A stretch of DNA of 64,000 nt from an uncultured Armatimonadetes bacterium (GTDB lineage Bacteria > Armatimonadota > Hebobacteria > Hebobacterales > Hebobacteraceae), in NCBI GenBank assembly GCA_963716175.1, contig OY970296.1, forward strand, positions 2,816,001-2,880,000, written 5' to 3'. How positions within the stretch are numbered: position 1 is the stretch's first letter; every line of letters begins with the position of its first letter. The translations under genes and the position numbers were made by a program. The notes beneath the pieces were generated by a model, which made no database searches, was not told the DNA's origin, and saw only the letters and a program-made list of their open reading frames with translations. This document shows, piece after piece, positions 48,148 through 58,638 of this stretch.

Positions 48148-51100
48148 ATGCTCAGCGGTCATGTGTGGCGGAGGGCTGTCCCCTGGGTGATGGCCGCGCT
48201 GCTGGTGGGCGGGGCGATGCCCCTGTTCGCCTGGCCGAGCGGCCGGCCTACGAACCCCACCGGGGGGCCAGGTCCTGCCCGAAGTTGTGGGGCCAGCAAT
48301 CCCGGACTCGCGGGCGGAGACGAGTGTGGAGGCAAGCCGGTAGACAGCATCAATACCTATACTGGGAACCTGACCATCAGTGATATGCCGGTTTGGTATT
48401 ACAGCGTGGGGGATGCCATACCGTTTGTGATCAGCTTCAACTCGAAAAGCGGGCGAACGGGAGGACCGCTGGGGGCCAAATGGACCCACAGTTACGATGT
48501 CCGGATCGTGGACGAATCCCCGAACGGGGCCTGGGTGATGGAGGGGAACGGGTGGGAGAACTACTTCTGGCTGAACCCCGACACTGGCTTCTATGACTCG
48601 CAACAGAACGTATTCGACAAGCTGGAGGCCGAGGGGTCAGGCTGGAAGCTGACCCGGCCCGATCAGCACAAGCTTCACTTCGACTCGACCGGGAAGTTGA
48701 CAAGCATTCAGGATGCAGACGGCCTCACCTGGACCCTGGCGTACAGCGGCAGCGTGCTCAGCACAGTCACTGACCCGAAGAACGGTCAGACCACTTTTGC
48801 CTACACGCGCGCCCGGCTAACTCAGGTGATGATGCCGGGGGGCATACATGCCGATTTCACCTACGACTCCAGCAAGCGGCTCTCGACCGCCAAGGACGCC
48901 GCAGGGCATACTTACACCTTCTACTATAGCGGCACGGACACCAAGGTCGCCAGCTTGAGAGACCCGTCGGACCGCCTGGTGCGCTACTACTACAACGGGG
49001 GGCAGGTGTACTACACCGAGATCGTCAGTCCATCCGGGTTGGCCGTTCACTATGACTTCTACCTGCCTGGCATCGGGCCCAACCCGGCCGGCAGCGGGCA
49101 GCTGTATGTGGATATCACCGAGACTAAGGATGGCGCCGACCGGATCACCCGACACATCTACGAGAACACCGACGACCCGGGCAATGGGCGCTACTTCGGG
49201 ACGCTGCTCTCCGTGATCAAGGACGTGGGCGGGGTGGCGGCCACTCAGGCCTACGCCTACGATTCCGAGCTGCGCCTGGTCAGGTACCGAGACAGCTATC
49301 AGCCCGAGACCGGCGGTAAGTCGCATCGCCATTTCTTCTACTACGATGATCTCGACAATCCGAGCCTGGTTACCAAGTACATTGACCCACAGAACTCTGA
49401 TGCTAGCCCCAGTGACACCGGCACGCCATCTCCTACCTGCCCGGGGTGGAAGTTCGAGTACGACAATAACGGGGACGGCGCCCACCTCGGCCGTCTCACC
49501 AAGATCACCCACCCGGAGTACCCAGCAGCTCGGTACACGACGTTCTCCTACTTCTCCAGCACCAGTCGGCTGTACTCGGTCACGGTGAACGACCTGGACC
49601 GGAACGGCCTTCCCTATGAGCATACCACTTGGTTCAACTGGGGGCCGGACTACCAACTCAGCTACATCTGTGACGCGCTCGGCAATGAGACCAGGATCTA
49701 CTACGACAGCAATGGGTACCTGGATTACGTGGACCTGCCGGGCGGGAATGTCCCGCCGGCCAAGGACCGGGATTTCACGGCCGACGCGGCGGGCAACATC
49801 ACCGCGGTCACCGATGGCAATGGAAATACCACCAGCTACCAGTACGATGGCCTCCACCGGCTGCTCCAGATCACCTATCCCGACGTCGGCAGCGGGCAGA
49901 AGACGAAGACGTTCACCTGGAACTGCTGCGGGCTAGACCTGGTGACAGATGAGAACGGGGTGCAGACCAAGTACGAGTACGACCAGTACACCAAGCGCCT
50001 GTGGAAGGTCCACGAGGACTACACCGCCCTCAACTACGTTACTGAATACGGCTACGACGAGGTGGGCAATCTGAAGACGGTGAAGGATGCTCGTTCCAAG
50101 ACTACCACTTACTTCTACGATGGCGCGGACCGCAGGTATCACGCGGATTACCCCGACTCCACCCATGAGAGCTGGACTTACCGGGACGACGGCCGGGTTT
50201 ACAGCCACACCGATGCCCGGGGCCGGCAGACCGTCTACCGCTACGACGCCGACGACCGGCTCTGGGGGCCGGCCGGATCGGGGTATGTGGCGATCAACTA
50301 CCCCAATGACACCGATGTCAGCATCAGCCGGGATGCCGACGGGCTGGTGACCAGCTTCAGCGATGCCAGCGGGACGACTGCGATCAGCTACTACCCCAGC
50401 GGCTGGGTGAAGCAGGTGACGAATGGGTACGGGCGGACAGTGACCTATGACTACAATGATGTAGGCGATGCCGCCAAGGTCTGGAGCCAGCTCAGCCCGG
50501 AGCGGTCGTACGCTTATACCTACACCAGCCGCAACCAGACCGAGACCGTGACCGACTGGACCGGGGCGCTGGTAAGTAGCTTCCTCTACGACAATGGCGG
50601 GCGTTTGACGCGGATCACCCGGCCGGGGAGCTATGTCGCCTACGAGTACAATGCCCGGGATTGGGTGACGCGGGTGAACAACCACACCACCGGCGGGGTG
50701 CAGATTCACGATGTGCGGTATCTGTACACCTGGGGCAGCAACCCGGGCCACACCGGCAATCCGGGGCTGAAGCTGGAGTACATGCCCGGGGTGCTGCACG
50801 GCTACAACACCATCTACGAGCACGACGCCCTGGGGCGACTGACCCGGGACACCAAGGGGCTGTGCTGCGGGGCCACCCAGTACTCGGAGAACTTCACCTA
50901 TGACGGGGTGGGCAATCGCCTCACCCGGCCCATGTGGGGCGGGACCAGTGTCACCTACACCTATGATAACAACAACAAGCTGGTCTCGGCCTCAGGGGAT
51001 GGCCTGAGCGCGAGTTTCGGCTATGACAGCAACGGCAACGTGAGCAGCGTTTCCGGGAGCATGTTCGGGAATTGGAGCTTCACCCACAACGACGAGAATC

Positions 51101-52095
51101 GGCTGGTGTCGGTGACCTCGGCCGGGGGCACGGACAGCTATCTGTACAACGCTCTGGGGCAGCGGATGCGCATGGCGCGGGGCAACGGGCTCACCTGGCG
51201 CTTCCAGTACAACGGGGAGCGGACCGTGGGGGAGACCAATGATGCCAATGTACCCCTGGTGTACCGGGCCACCGTGAACGGGAGCTACTATGCGCCCTCG
51301 CTGCGGAGCGCGACGGAGGGGAGTTGGTGTCCGAACTCGCCGCTGGTGAGGTACCCGGCGTACGATGCGGGGGGGAACTTTGTAGAGCTGGTGGACCCGA
51401 ACGGGAATGCCTGCGACCGGCATGCCTTCGACGCCTTTGGGGTACTGACTTCCGACCCTTCGCCGCAGCTTTACTCCTGGGGCGGGGCCTGGGGGTACAT
51501 GGAGGAGCGCCCGGGGAACGGATTGGTGCAGCTGGGCGCGAGGTGGTACTGGCCGGAGATCGGCCGGTTCCTGGAGCAGGACCCGGACGGGGATGGGGTC
51601 AACTGGTACGCCTACGCCGACAACAACCCCCTGACCGGGATTGACCCGGAGGGCCAGCAAATATACGCGCCCTGGAATCCCGAGTCCACTTGGTACCACG
51701 TCTTCAGTAACGACGAGGGGGCTTGGTCCGAATTCCCGAAGGGCGCAGCGGCGGCTGCCGACTTCGCATATCCCTTCGGCGATCCCTTCGCTGCCAGAGG
51801 GGTCTACAATCCGTGTGAGCAATGGGTGCCCGGCACGCGAATCATGACGGGCATTGCTATCGCAGCGGCAGGTTCGGCGGCTGCGATTGCGGGGGCAGAG
51901 GCTGCGGGCGTTCTCAGATTTCCAGAACACGTTGGCGGCTTTGAATTGAACCTTGGTAGAAACCTGCGGATCGGATGGCACCGTTTGCCCACCAAAGGAA
52001 GCTGGCGGGTAGCTTGGGCGCGGGGTAGAAGCCTGCTCCATGCGCATTTGAGAGCGTTTGGTCGGGGCATCGGCAGACACTGGCCATGGCAATAG
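48148..52095 (+). CDS. rhs: Rhs/YD-repeat polymorphic toxin with signal peptide
   Basis: GGAGG RBS; signal peptide; PVD..TGNL; many YD repeats; core end RWYWPEIGRFLEQDP..NWYAY.DNNP...DPEG; ~146-aa tip. Confidence 0.9.
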   Translation: MLSGHVWRRAVPWVMAALLVGGAMPLFAWPSGRPTNPTGGPGPARSCGASNPGLAGGDECGGKPVDSINTYTGNLTISDMPVWYYSVGDAIPFVISFNSKSGRTGGPLGAKWTHSYDVRIVDESPNGAWVMEGNGWENYFWLNPDTGFYDSQQNVFDKLEAEGSGWKLTRPDQHKLHFDSTGKLTSIQDADGLTWTLAYSGSVLSTVTDPKNGQTTFAYTRARLTQVMMPGGIHADFTYDSSKRLSTAKDAAGHTYTFYYSGTDTKVASLRDPSDRLVRYYYNGGQVYYTEIVSPSGLAVHYDFYLPGIGPNPAGSGQLYVDITETKDGADRITRHIYENTDDPGNGRYFGTLLSVIKDVGGVAATQAYAYDSELRLVRYRDSYQPETGGKSHRHFFYYDDLDNPSLVTKYIDPQNSDASPSDTGTPSPTCPGWKFEYDNNGDGAHLGRLTKITHPEYPAARYTTFSYFSSTSRLYSVTVNDLDRNGLPYEHTTWFNWGPDYQLSYICDALGNETRIYYDSNGYLDYVDLPGGNVPPAKDRDFTADAAGNITAVTDGNGNTTSYQYDGLHRLLQITYPDVGSGQKTKTFTWNCCGLDLVTDENGVQTKYEYDQYTKRLWKVHEDYTALNYVTEYGYDEVGNLKTVKDARSKTTTYFYDGADRRYHADYPDSTHESWTYRDDGRVYSHTDARGRQTVYRYDADDRLWGPAGSGYVAINYPNDTDVSISRDADGLVTSFSDASGTTAISYYPSGWVKQVTNGYGRTVTYDYNDVGDAAKVWSQLSPERSYAYTYTSRNQTETVTDWTGALVSSFLYDNGGRLTRITRPGSYVAYEYNARDWVTRVNNHTTGGVQIHDVRYLYTWGSNPGHTGNPGLKLEYMPGVLHGYNTIYEHDALGRLTRDTKGLCCGATQYSENFTYDGVGNRLTRPMWGGTSVTYTYDNNNKLVSASGDGLSASFGYDSNGNVSSVSGSMFGNWSFTHNDENRLVSVTSAGGTDSYLYNALGQRMRMARGNGLTWRFQYNGERTVGETNDANVPLVYRATVNGSYYAPSLRSATEGSWCPNSPLVRYPAYDAGGNFVELVDPNGNACDRHAFDAFGVLTSDPSPQLYSWGGAWGYMEERPGNGLVQLGARWYWPEIGRFLEQDPDGDGVNWYAYADNNPLTGIDPEGQQIYAPWNPESTWYHVFSNDEGAWSEFPKGAAAAADFAYPFGDPFAARGVYNPCEQWVPGTRIMTGIAIAAAGSAAAIAGAEAAGVLRFPEHVGGFELNLGRNLRIGWHRLPTKGSWRVAWARGRSLLHAHLRAFGRGIGRHWPWQ

Positions 52096-52106
52096 TGGAG
52101 AGACGG

Positions 52107-52484
52107 ATGGCGGTCCAGTTCCCTCTATTCGTATACGAGCCGGGCGATCCCACATCACTCTATGTAGTCCAGTCGCTCGATGCTGCAGAACGCGGAGAGA
52201 TCGAGCAGCTCGATGTTGAACATGAGAACTTCGTGTTTTGGGACGCGACCGGCGTAAGAGTACGCGCTGCGGTGAGGCGTGCTGGCGACCACTGGCTGGA
52301 ACTGACGGCTACTGGGCCGGAGGACATGCCGGGCTTGCGCCGAGCGATCGTGGATTATGCTCTGAGTGTTGGAGTCCCGCCCGAGGATGTGTTGGCATTA
52401 GCCCCCTCAGATGCGGTGAACAAGCTAGAGGAGGCCGCAGCACGGCGCGGTGGTCCGCGCCGTTGGTACCAGTTCTGGCGCTAA
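52107..52484 (+). CDS. Putative immunity protein for the Rhs tip
   Basis: Small ORF with GGAG RBS 11 bp after the rhs stop. Confidence 0.6.
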   Translation: MAVQFPLFVYEPGDPTSLYVVQSLDAAERGEIEQLDVEHENFVFWDATGVRVRAAVRRAGDHWLELTATGPEDMPGLRRAIVDYALSVGVPPEDVLALAPSDAVNKLEEAAARRGGPRRWYQFWR

Positions 52485-52571
52485 GCGCTGATACACCAGA
52501 TCGCCGGGGCCTGCGGGTATCTGCGTGACCCCTCGGACCTGCTGTGGCGGTCAGCCGACTCTGAGACCGCC

Positions 52572-54063
52572 TGCAGTGGTTACTTCGCCGTAGAACCGCC
52601 CCAGCCTTGCTCTGACGGCATCCCATGGTGTATCGTGGGCACTCCATTTCCCTGGAGGGTGAACCCACGTGGAAGCAGCTGAAACTGCGGTCTGCCCGGT
52701 GATGAAGGCGGTGTTGTTGAGTGGTCGGTGGGCGGGCCGGAGCAGGCAGCTGGGCCTGGAGCAAGCGGCGAAGGCTTCGGGCGATGGGGCGGAGGTGTAG
52801 GCCGAGAACGCCATACTCCGGGACACCATCGAATTTCTGGTTGAGCGGCTTGCCCGTGCGGAGCGGCGCCTGAAGGCCGCCCACATCCGGAAGCCCTACT
52901 CCCTGGCAGAGCGGCTCCATATCCTGTGGTGTATCGAGTACTTCGGCATCTCCCGGCGGCAGATTCCCAAGTGCTTCGGCGTGGCGCGTTCCACGGTCTG
53001 GCGCTGGCTGCGACGGCTGCAGGATGGGATCGGCTTGTGCGGGCGGAAGTCTCAGGCTTCGGTGCGCCGGACGTCTGAGGCACTGGAGGGGCTGGTATGG
53101 GAGCTGGCATCGGCGAATCCTGGCTGGGGGCGGCGCCGTATCTCCTTGGTGCTGGGGACACTGGGCATCTTCCTGGCGGCGTCCACGGTGCGCAACATCT
53201 TGCTCCGTCCTCGACCGCGACCCGAAGGCACACCCGCGGCGGCCGGAACGCCTGAAGAGAAGCAGCCGCGCCAGATCATCGCCCGCTATCCGAACCACGT
53301 GTGGAGCGTGGATCGCACTCGGGTGTGGTGCTGGCGCATCTGGCCCACCTGGGCGTTGGTGGCGATCGATCACTTCTCCCGAAAGGTCGTCGCCAGTTGT
53401 CACCTGGAGGGCCCGAATGCCGACTGGGTGGTGGAGGCGCTGGAGGAGGCGTTTCTGCGTCATGGAGCGCCCAAGCACATCATCACCGATCAGGAAGGCG
53501 TGCTCACCTCCGAGGTGTTCCGTGACTTGCTCTGGCGATGGGAGGTGAAGCAGCGATTCGGCGCAGTGGGCAGGCATGGCTCCATCGCGGTGACCGAACG
53601 GGTCATTCGGACATTGGAGTACGAGTGGTTGCGTCGCGTACCGGTGATCAAGGGGCTGGCTCACCTGGAGATCCTGCTGGCCGAGTTCGCCTGCTACTAC
53701 AACTCCTGGCGGCCGCACACGACCTTGGAGGGCGCGGTGCCAGAGCGTATCCACGCCGGAGAGCACTGGCAGAAGCCGGCGCGGACGGCGAAGGCCGTCC
53801 CCGCTCACACCGAGCGGCACTTCTCCCCCGAGACCCGCGTCACCGCATTCCGCCTCGCGGCCTAGCTGACTCCATAACCCCTGCCGTGGCACCGCGCTCG
53901 CCTTTGTCTCCGCAGCCCAGGAGCAGGGCCGCTATTGCGCACGGCTCCGTCCCCCAACCCAAGCTGAACAACGGTCTCACCTGGCGGACCATGGGACAGA
54001 CGCAGGACGCGAGGCCACCGCCGCAGAAGCCCGGAGCGGTACTACAGCAACGTGACCACTACA
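52572..54063 (+). mobile_element. IS481-like element, relative of 42713-44200
   Basis: IRs TGCAGTGGTTACTTCGCCGTAGAACCGC / TGTAGTGGTCACGTTGCTGTAGTACCGC. Confidence 0.8.
52669..53865 (+). pseudogene. rve transposase with in-frame TAG at 52798-52800
   Basis: Colinear with 42810-44009; a Gln codon is replaced by TAG. Confidence 0.85.
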
Positions 54064-54167
54064 ACCGGTCCCGGATCATACGAAAGGCAGTCAGCTGGGA
54101 CCCGCCCAGCGCGGTCCTACGGGCCCTTGACATACGCACCAGGAACATCCCTTTCTGCCGCGGAACG

Positions 54168-55007
54168 TCATTCGGGTCTGGCGCTCCATCCGCAGATCAC
54201 GAAGTGGCCGAGTCCAGAGCTGTCGCGGACTGTCACATGCACTTTGCCAGACGCGGTTCTCGGGCTGTCAAAGGTCCCTTCTACGGGTGCCTGTGCGCTT
54301 CCGAATTTCCCCCTGTTGATGGCCAGTTCATCAGGAACTGAGAATACGGCTGACTCTTTCACCATATCCACCCCTCTTGGGGTGATCCACTCAGAGATCC
54401 CGGCGATACTTCTCACGGCTTTGCCGCCTTTGACCACTACAAAATGGATTGTCACGCCAGAGTAGAGTAGACTTCCGCTTCCGACCCAGCCTCCACTCAC
54501 AGGTGCTTCGGGGGCCATCGCTCTTGTTCTCCAAGAGTCGCGCTTTGTTGGCCCGGTCTCTGATCGAGCAGGGAGCGCAAGCCTTTCACCTGAACCAGGA
54601 TGGGCGATTATTGCCCTTTGATTCGCAGCGTCCCACTGCACTTGTGCGCCGAGGGCCTCACCGACAAATCGCAGGGGTACATAGGTCACTCCACTGCGCT
54701 CGATAGCCGGGCTGGACAGCATAGTCGGTGCATCGTTTATGAATGCTTGTTTTGCCCCTAAGTGTAGGCGTATCGATTTCCCCCTCAGAGCAAGAGTCAT
54801 GGAATTCTCCCTCGCGTTGAAGTCCACTTGCGCTCCCAGCCATTCCGCGATGTATCGTAAGGGTACAAGCGTGCTTCCGTGGAGCGTGATGGCTCTTACC
54901 GGTGGCGGTGTGGCACTAGCGCCCAGACTCGGGGTTAGGAACAGAGCCAATCCCAAGACAACGGGCCCGCTCAACCAGCTTGGCACTGTGGAAGAACCCA
55001 CCCGCAT
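54168..55007 (-). CDS. Secreted copper-amine-oxidase N-terminal (stalk) domain protein
   Basis: TLVPLRYIAEWLGAQV and GVTYVPLRFVGEALGAQVQWD. Confidence 0.85.
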   Translation of the reverse strand: MRVGSSTVPSWLSGPVVLGLALFLTPSLGASATPPPVRAITLHGSTLVPLRYIAEWLGAQVDFNARENSMTLALRGKSIRLHLGAKQAFINDAPTMLSSPAIERSGVTYVPLRFVGEALGAQVQWDAANQRAIIAHPGSGERLALPARSETGPTKRDSWRTRAMAPEAPVSGGWVGSGSLLYSGVTIHFVVVKGGKAVRSIAGISEWITPRGVDMVKESAVFSVPDELAINRGKFGSAQAPVEGTFDSPRTASGKVHVTVRDSSGLGHFVICGWSARPE

Positions 55008-55098
55008 TTCTCTTCCTCCTCATTAGTGTGGATTGTCTCGCCGGAAGGGGCCCCGCCTAGACGCGGACTGTGCCCCAAGCCCTGGCCGCCCTGGCTCG

Positions 55099-56643
55099 CT
55101 ACTGCAACCGCGCTTCCACCGCCAGGAACTGCCTGCCGCGGAAGCCTATTGCCCGGACCGCCTGCGGATCATCTTCCGCGAAGCGCAGTCGGCACGTGCC
55201 CAGGAAGCCGTCGTATGGCAGTGTGCTTTGCGAATCCACAACCAGGGACTCGCCGCTGCCCTGCATTACAACATACGCGACGTGACGGCTGTCCGGGCTG
55301 AAGACAGGCGATCTGAGGCCGTCGTGCCGTTGTCCCTCCTTGCCATCGACAACTAAGAACGACTTCCCGCCGGCCCGTGTTCCGTACCCAAGGTGCTGGC
55401 TATCGGGGCTGAACGCCACCTCGTAGATGCCGTCGTATGGCTGTCCTGCCGCGCCGTCCAGAACGATCTGCCACCTCCCGGAGCTCTTGGCTCCATATGC
55501 CAAGTGCTTGCTGTCCGGACTGAACACTGGTTTCCCGATGGCCTCGTATCGGGTCCCCTCTTTTCCGTCTGCGACCAACAGCATCTTCCCTCCGTCTTGC
55601 ACTGCCCAAGCCACACGCGAGCCGTCGGGGCTGAAAACCGGATCAGTATAGCCTTCGTAGCCCCTGCTTCCACTCACCCCATCCAAGATTGGAAACCACC
55701 TGCCTCGTCGGTATGCCGCATAGGCAACGTGCCTGGAGTCCGGGCTGAAGACGGGATCACTGACACCCTCGTGGCGGTCGCCCTCCTGTCCATTTACCAC
55801 CATGAACCGCTGTCCCCCCTGTACGGCCGCGTAGCCGACGCGTGCGCCGTCAGGGCTGATGACCGGCGCCCTCAGACCGGCATAGTGCTTGCCCTCGACG
55901 CCAGTCCCAGTTGCCACGAACCACTGGCCGCCTTCGACGACGGGATACGCCAAGCGACGTCCGTCCGGAGACAACACGGGAGCGCCCACCCCGTCGTACC
56001 CCTTGCCTTCTTGCCCGTTCATGACGATGAAACACTTGTCACCAGCCTTTGCTCGGTAGGCAAGACAGAGGCCATTCTGGCTGAACGCGAGAGAGCCGAC
56101 GGCGTCATACGGTGTCTGCTCCTGGCCGTCGCTGACCACCAGCATCTTGCCGCCTCTGGTCGCTCCGTAGCCCAAGTGCTTGCTGTCGGGGCTAAACACA
56201 GGGGCTGGCCCCACCACATCATAGGTGCTGCCGTCCCGCCCATCGCTCACCACTAGCATCTTCCCACCTCTCTCAACGGAAAACGCGAGATGGCGGTTAT
56301 CCGGGCTGCAAGCGTAGTAATACTCGACATCGAAGCGTGATTCGTCAATGGTCCGTGAGAGAGTCTGCGAGAGTACGGGCCCAAGGCTTGCCTGCTCTGG
56401 CGGAGCGCCAATGGTCAACCTGTGAGTACCTGACAGGGCGAGCGTGGGATTGGCAGTCTTGTCCACTGGGACCAGCTCGTCTCTGGTGCTCGCGATGGCC
56501 GTGATCATCCCGGTCTCGACTCGGCCGAGAAAAGACTCCTTCACATCGACGCGGCTGCTGCCTCCCGCTGGCAGACCCGAGAACAGCACAGGCAACAAAG
56601 CGACAGCGAGCATGGTACGCCGCAGGAACCGCCAGACCGTCAT
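55099..56643 (-). CDS. Secreted PD40/TolB-like beta-propeller repeat protein
   Basis: Signal peptide; about 9 repeats 'PVFSPDS.H.AY...GG....V.DG.EG..Y'. Confidence 0.8.
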   Translation of the reverse strand: MTVWRFLRRTMLAVALLPVLFSGLPAGGSSRVDVKESFLGRVETGMITAIASTRDELVPVDKTANPTLALSGTHRLTIGAPPEQASLGPVLSQTLSRTIDESRFDVEYYYACSPDNRHLAFSVERGGKMLVVSDGRDGSTYDVVGPAPVFSPDSKHLGYGATRGGKMLVVSDGQEQTPYDAVGSLAFSQNGLCLAYRAKAGDKCFIVMNGQEGKGYDGVGAPVLSPDGRRLAYPVVEGGQWFVATGTGVEGKHYAGLRAPVISPDGARVGYAAVQGGQRFMVVNGQEGDRHEGVSDPVFSPDSRHVAYAAYRRGRWFPILDGVSGSRGYEGYTDPVFSPDGSRVAWAVQDGGKMLLVADGKEGTRYEAIGKPVFSPDSKHLAYGAKSSGRWQIVLDGAAGQPYDGIYEVAFSPDSQHLGYGTRAGGKSFLVVDGKEGQRHDGLRSPVFSPDSRHVAYVVMQGSGESLVVDSQSTLPYDGFLGTCRLRFAEDDPQAVRAIGFRGRQFLAVEARLQ

Positions 56644-56731
56644 GGTGCAGCCCTCCCTTCCAGGCCTGTTTCCCTCCCGTCGCTCCGGAACTGCGCTGCC
56701 GAAGCCCTGCTGACCGGACGATATAGAGTGT

Positions 56732-56955
56732 TGTAGAGCGTCAGCGAAGGTGGGACAAAAGGGGGTGCTGGGTTAGCTACACCTCCGGCGTTCCAGCGCT
56801 GATGCTCTCGCATCTCCCCCTCCGCCTTCGGTAGCACTCCCGGCGCGCGACCAGGCTGCGGATCTACAATCCTTTCGCCGGGCTAGAATCTCCTCCCTTC
56901 TCCCAAACCAGACAGCGTCCGGGGTGACCCTGTGGAGCGCTTCGTGGTAGGGGTG
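56732..56955 (-). pseudogene. IS481/IS3-family 3' fragment and terminus (same family as 11712)
   Basis: TGTAGAGCGTCAGCGAAGGTGGGACA; YHEALHRVTPDAVWFGRREEILARR. Confidence 0.7.
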
Positions 56956-57121
56956 CCGGCCTCTCTGCAGAGGCCTTCACACAGCCGCTTGTGCTCGTAA
57001 CATTGGTTCGCGGTGGACTCCGGACTTGAGCTCAGGCGCCCCAAAGGCGGTGCCACCGCTGTTTCGCAGGTGCAGTCTGTCTCACAGTCGCCGAAGACGT
57101 ACAGCAGCTGGTAGAATCATC

Positions 57122-58638
57122 CGTGCCCATGTTAAATGGCGGTGGGACACCGCTGACAGCCCCGTAGGCTTGTCTGCGAGCCTGAGACATTCTATCATAT
57201 AGGACCTTTGGGGCGGCGCCTTCGGGCGCCGTTCCCCTTTTTGGAGCGTGATGCTGTGGAGGTCTTGCGAACAGCCGCTGCCCTGATGGTTCGATCCCTG
57301 GTGTTGAGTGCCCAGTCTGCAGGCCACCAGCGGCTGCTCTGGCTCCAGCAGAGCGCCGCCGTGGGCGGAGACGTGGGTGAGGTGGCCCGGCTGCGGGATG
57401 AGAATCGCCAGCTGCAGTGGGAGAACCGCCTCCTCAAGGCACGCCACGCTGACGTTCCCTGCCGGAAGCGCTACTCTCCCCTGCAGCGGCTCCACATCCT
57501 ATGGCACATGGCCTACTACCGCATTCCCAGGAGCCGGGTGAAGGAGCACTTCCTGATTGCCAACTCGACTCTGTATCGCTGGCTGCATGCGGCCCAGGAG
57601 GGCGATCTGGGTGAGCGCAAGAGCAAGCTAGAGAGCCCCAGGAAGACGCCCGCCGAGCTCGCCCGGATGATCTGGGACGTTTTCGAAGCGGATCCGCACT
57701 TTGGCCGCAAGCGTATTGCCAACACCCTCTGGTTGCTGGGTGTGTTCGTGGCGGCCTCGACGGTCAGGAATGTGCTGCTGCAACCCAAGCCCAAGACCGC
57801 GCCGGCCGCGGCAAAGGCCCAGGAGGCGCCCGCCGTGCCCCGCCAGATTGTTGCCCGCTACCCGAACCACGTGTGGAGCGTGGACCGCACGCGGGTGCTC
57901 CGCTGGGGACTCTGGCCCACTTGGGTGCTGGTCGCCATTGATCACTTCTCCCGCGCGGTGATGGTCGTGGTGCCTCTGGAAGGACCTAACGCAGGCTGGG
58001 TAGTGGAGGCGATGGAGGAGGCCTTCGTCCAGCACGGAGCTCCTCGGCACCTCGTCAGCGACCAGGAGAAAGTCTTCATCTCCGAGGTGCTCGCTGACCT
58101 CCTCTATCAGTGGAATGTCAAGCACCGCCTCGGTGCGGTGGGCAAACGCGGTTCTATCGCGGTCACCGAGCGCGTCATCCTGACCCTGAAGTACGAATGG
58201 CTCAAGCGCGTTCCCGTCATCCGCGGACTCGATCACCTGGACCGATTATTGCGCGACTTCGCTCTCTACTACAACGACTGCCGCGGGCATACCACGCTGG
58301 GGGGCGCGGTCCCCACAGTGAGGTATCGGGGTGAGCGCTGGGATAAGCCGGAGAAGTCAGCCAAGAGACTGCCGACCAACCTGGAGCGCCGCCTCTTCCC
58401 CGATACTCAGATCACCGCCTACCGACTCGCGGCCTGAGCTCTCTGCCGACCGCGGCCGGTGTCGCTTCGCCGTCGGACGTGCGCGCCTTCGCGGTCACTT
58501 GCCGTCCCACCGGATGCCGCGATGGCCCAGCCATGTCCCATCGTCGTGGTCACGCGCTCCGCCGCCCCGCCACCCCTGGGGGCCGGAGCCGGCCTGGGCT
58601 ATCCAAGTGGTGTCCCACGCCCACCTAACACCCACACA
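57122..58638 (+). mobile_element. IS481-like element
   Basis: Degenerate 30-bp IRs CGTGCCCATGTTAAATGGCGGTGGGACACC / TGTGTGGGTGTTAGGTGGGCGTGGGACACC. Confidence 0.65.
57256..58437 (+). CDS. rve DDE transposase
   Basis: WSVD..AIDHFSR..VSDQE..VTER; ends YRLAA. Start uncertain (frame open from 57208). Confidence 0.85.
   Translation: MEVLRTAAALMVRSLVLSAQSAGHQRLLWLQQSAAVGGDVGEVARLRDENRQLQWENRLLKARHADVPCRKRYSPLQRLHILWHMAYYRIPRSRVKEHFLIANSTLYRWLHAAQEGDLGERKSKLESPRKTPAELARMIWDVFEADPHFGRKRIANTLWLLGVFVAASTVRNVLLQPKPKTAPAAAKAQEAPAVPRQIVARYPNHVWSVDRTRVLRWGLWPTWVLVAIDHFSRAVMVVVPLEGPNAGWVVEAMEEAFVQHGAPRHLVSDQEKVFISEVLADLLYQWNVKHRLGAVGKRGSIAVTERVILTLKYEWLKRVPVIRGLDHLDRLLRDFALYYNDCRGHTTLGGAVPTVRYRGERWDKPEKSAKRLPTNLERRLFPDTQITAYRLAA

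Noticed and set aside
52798-52800. Amber codon as pyrrolysine readthrough, given the MttB gene in the window
   Set aside because: The MttB here has no amber codon, no pyl genes are seen, and the paralogue has Gln at this position; a simple nonsense mutation.
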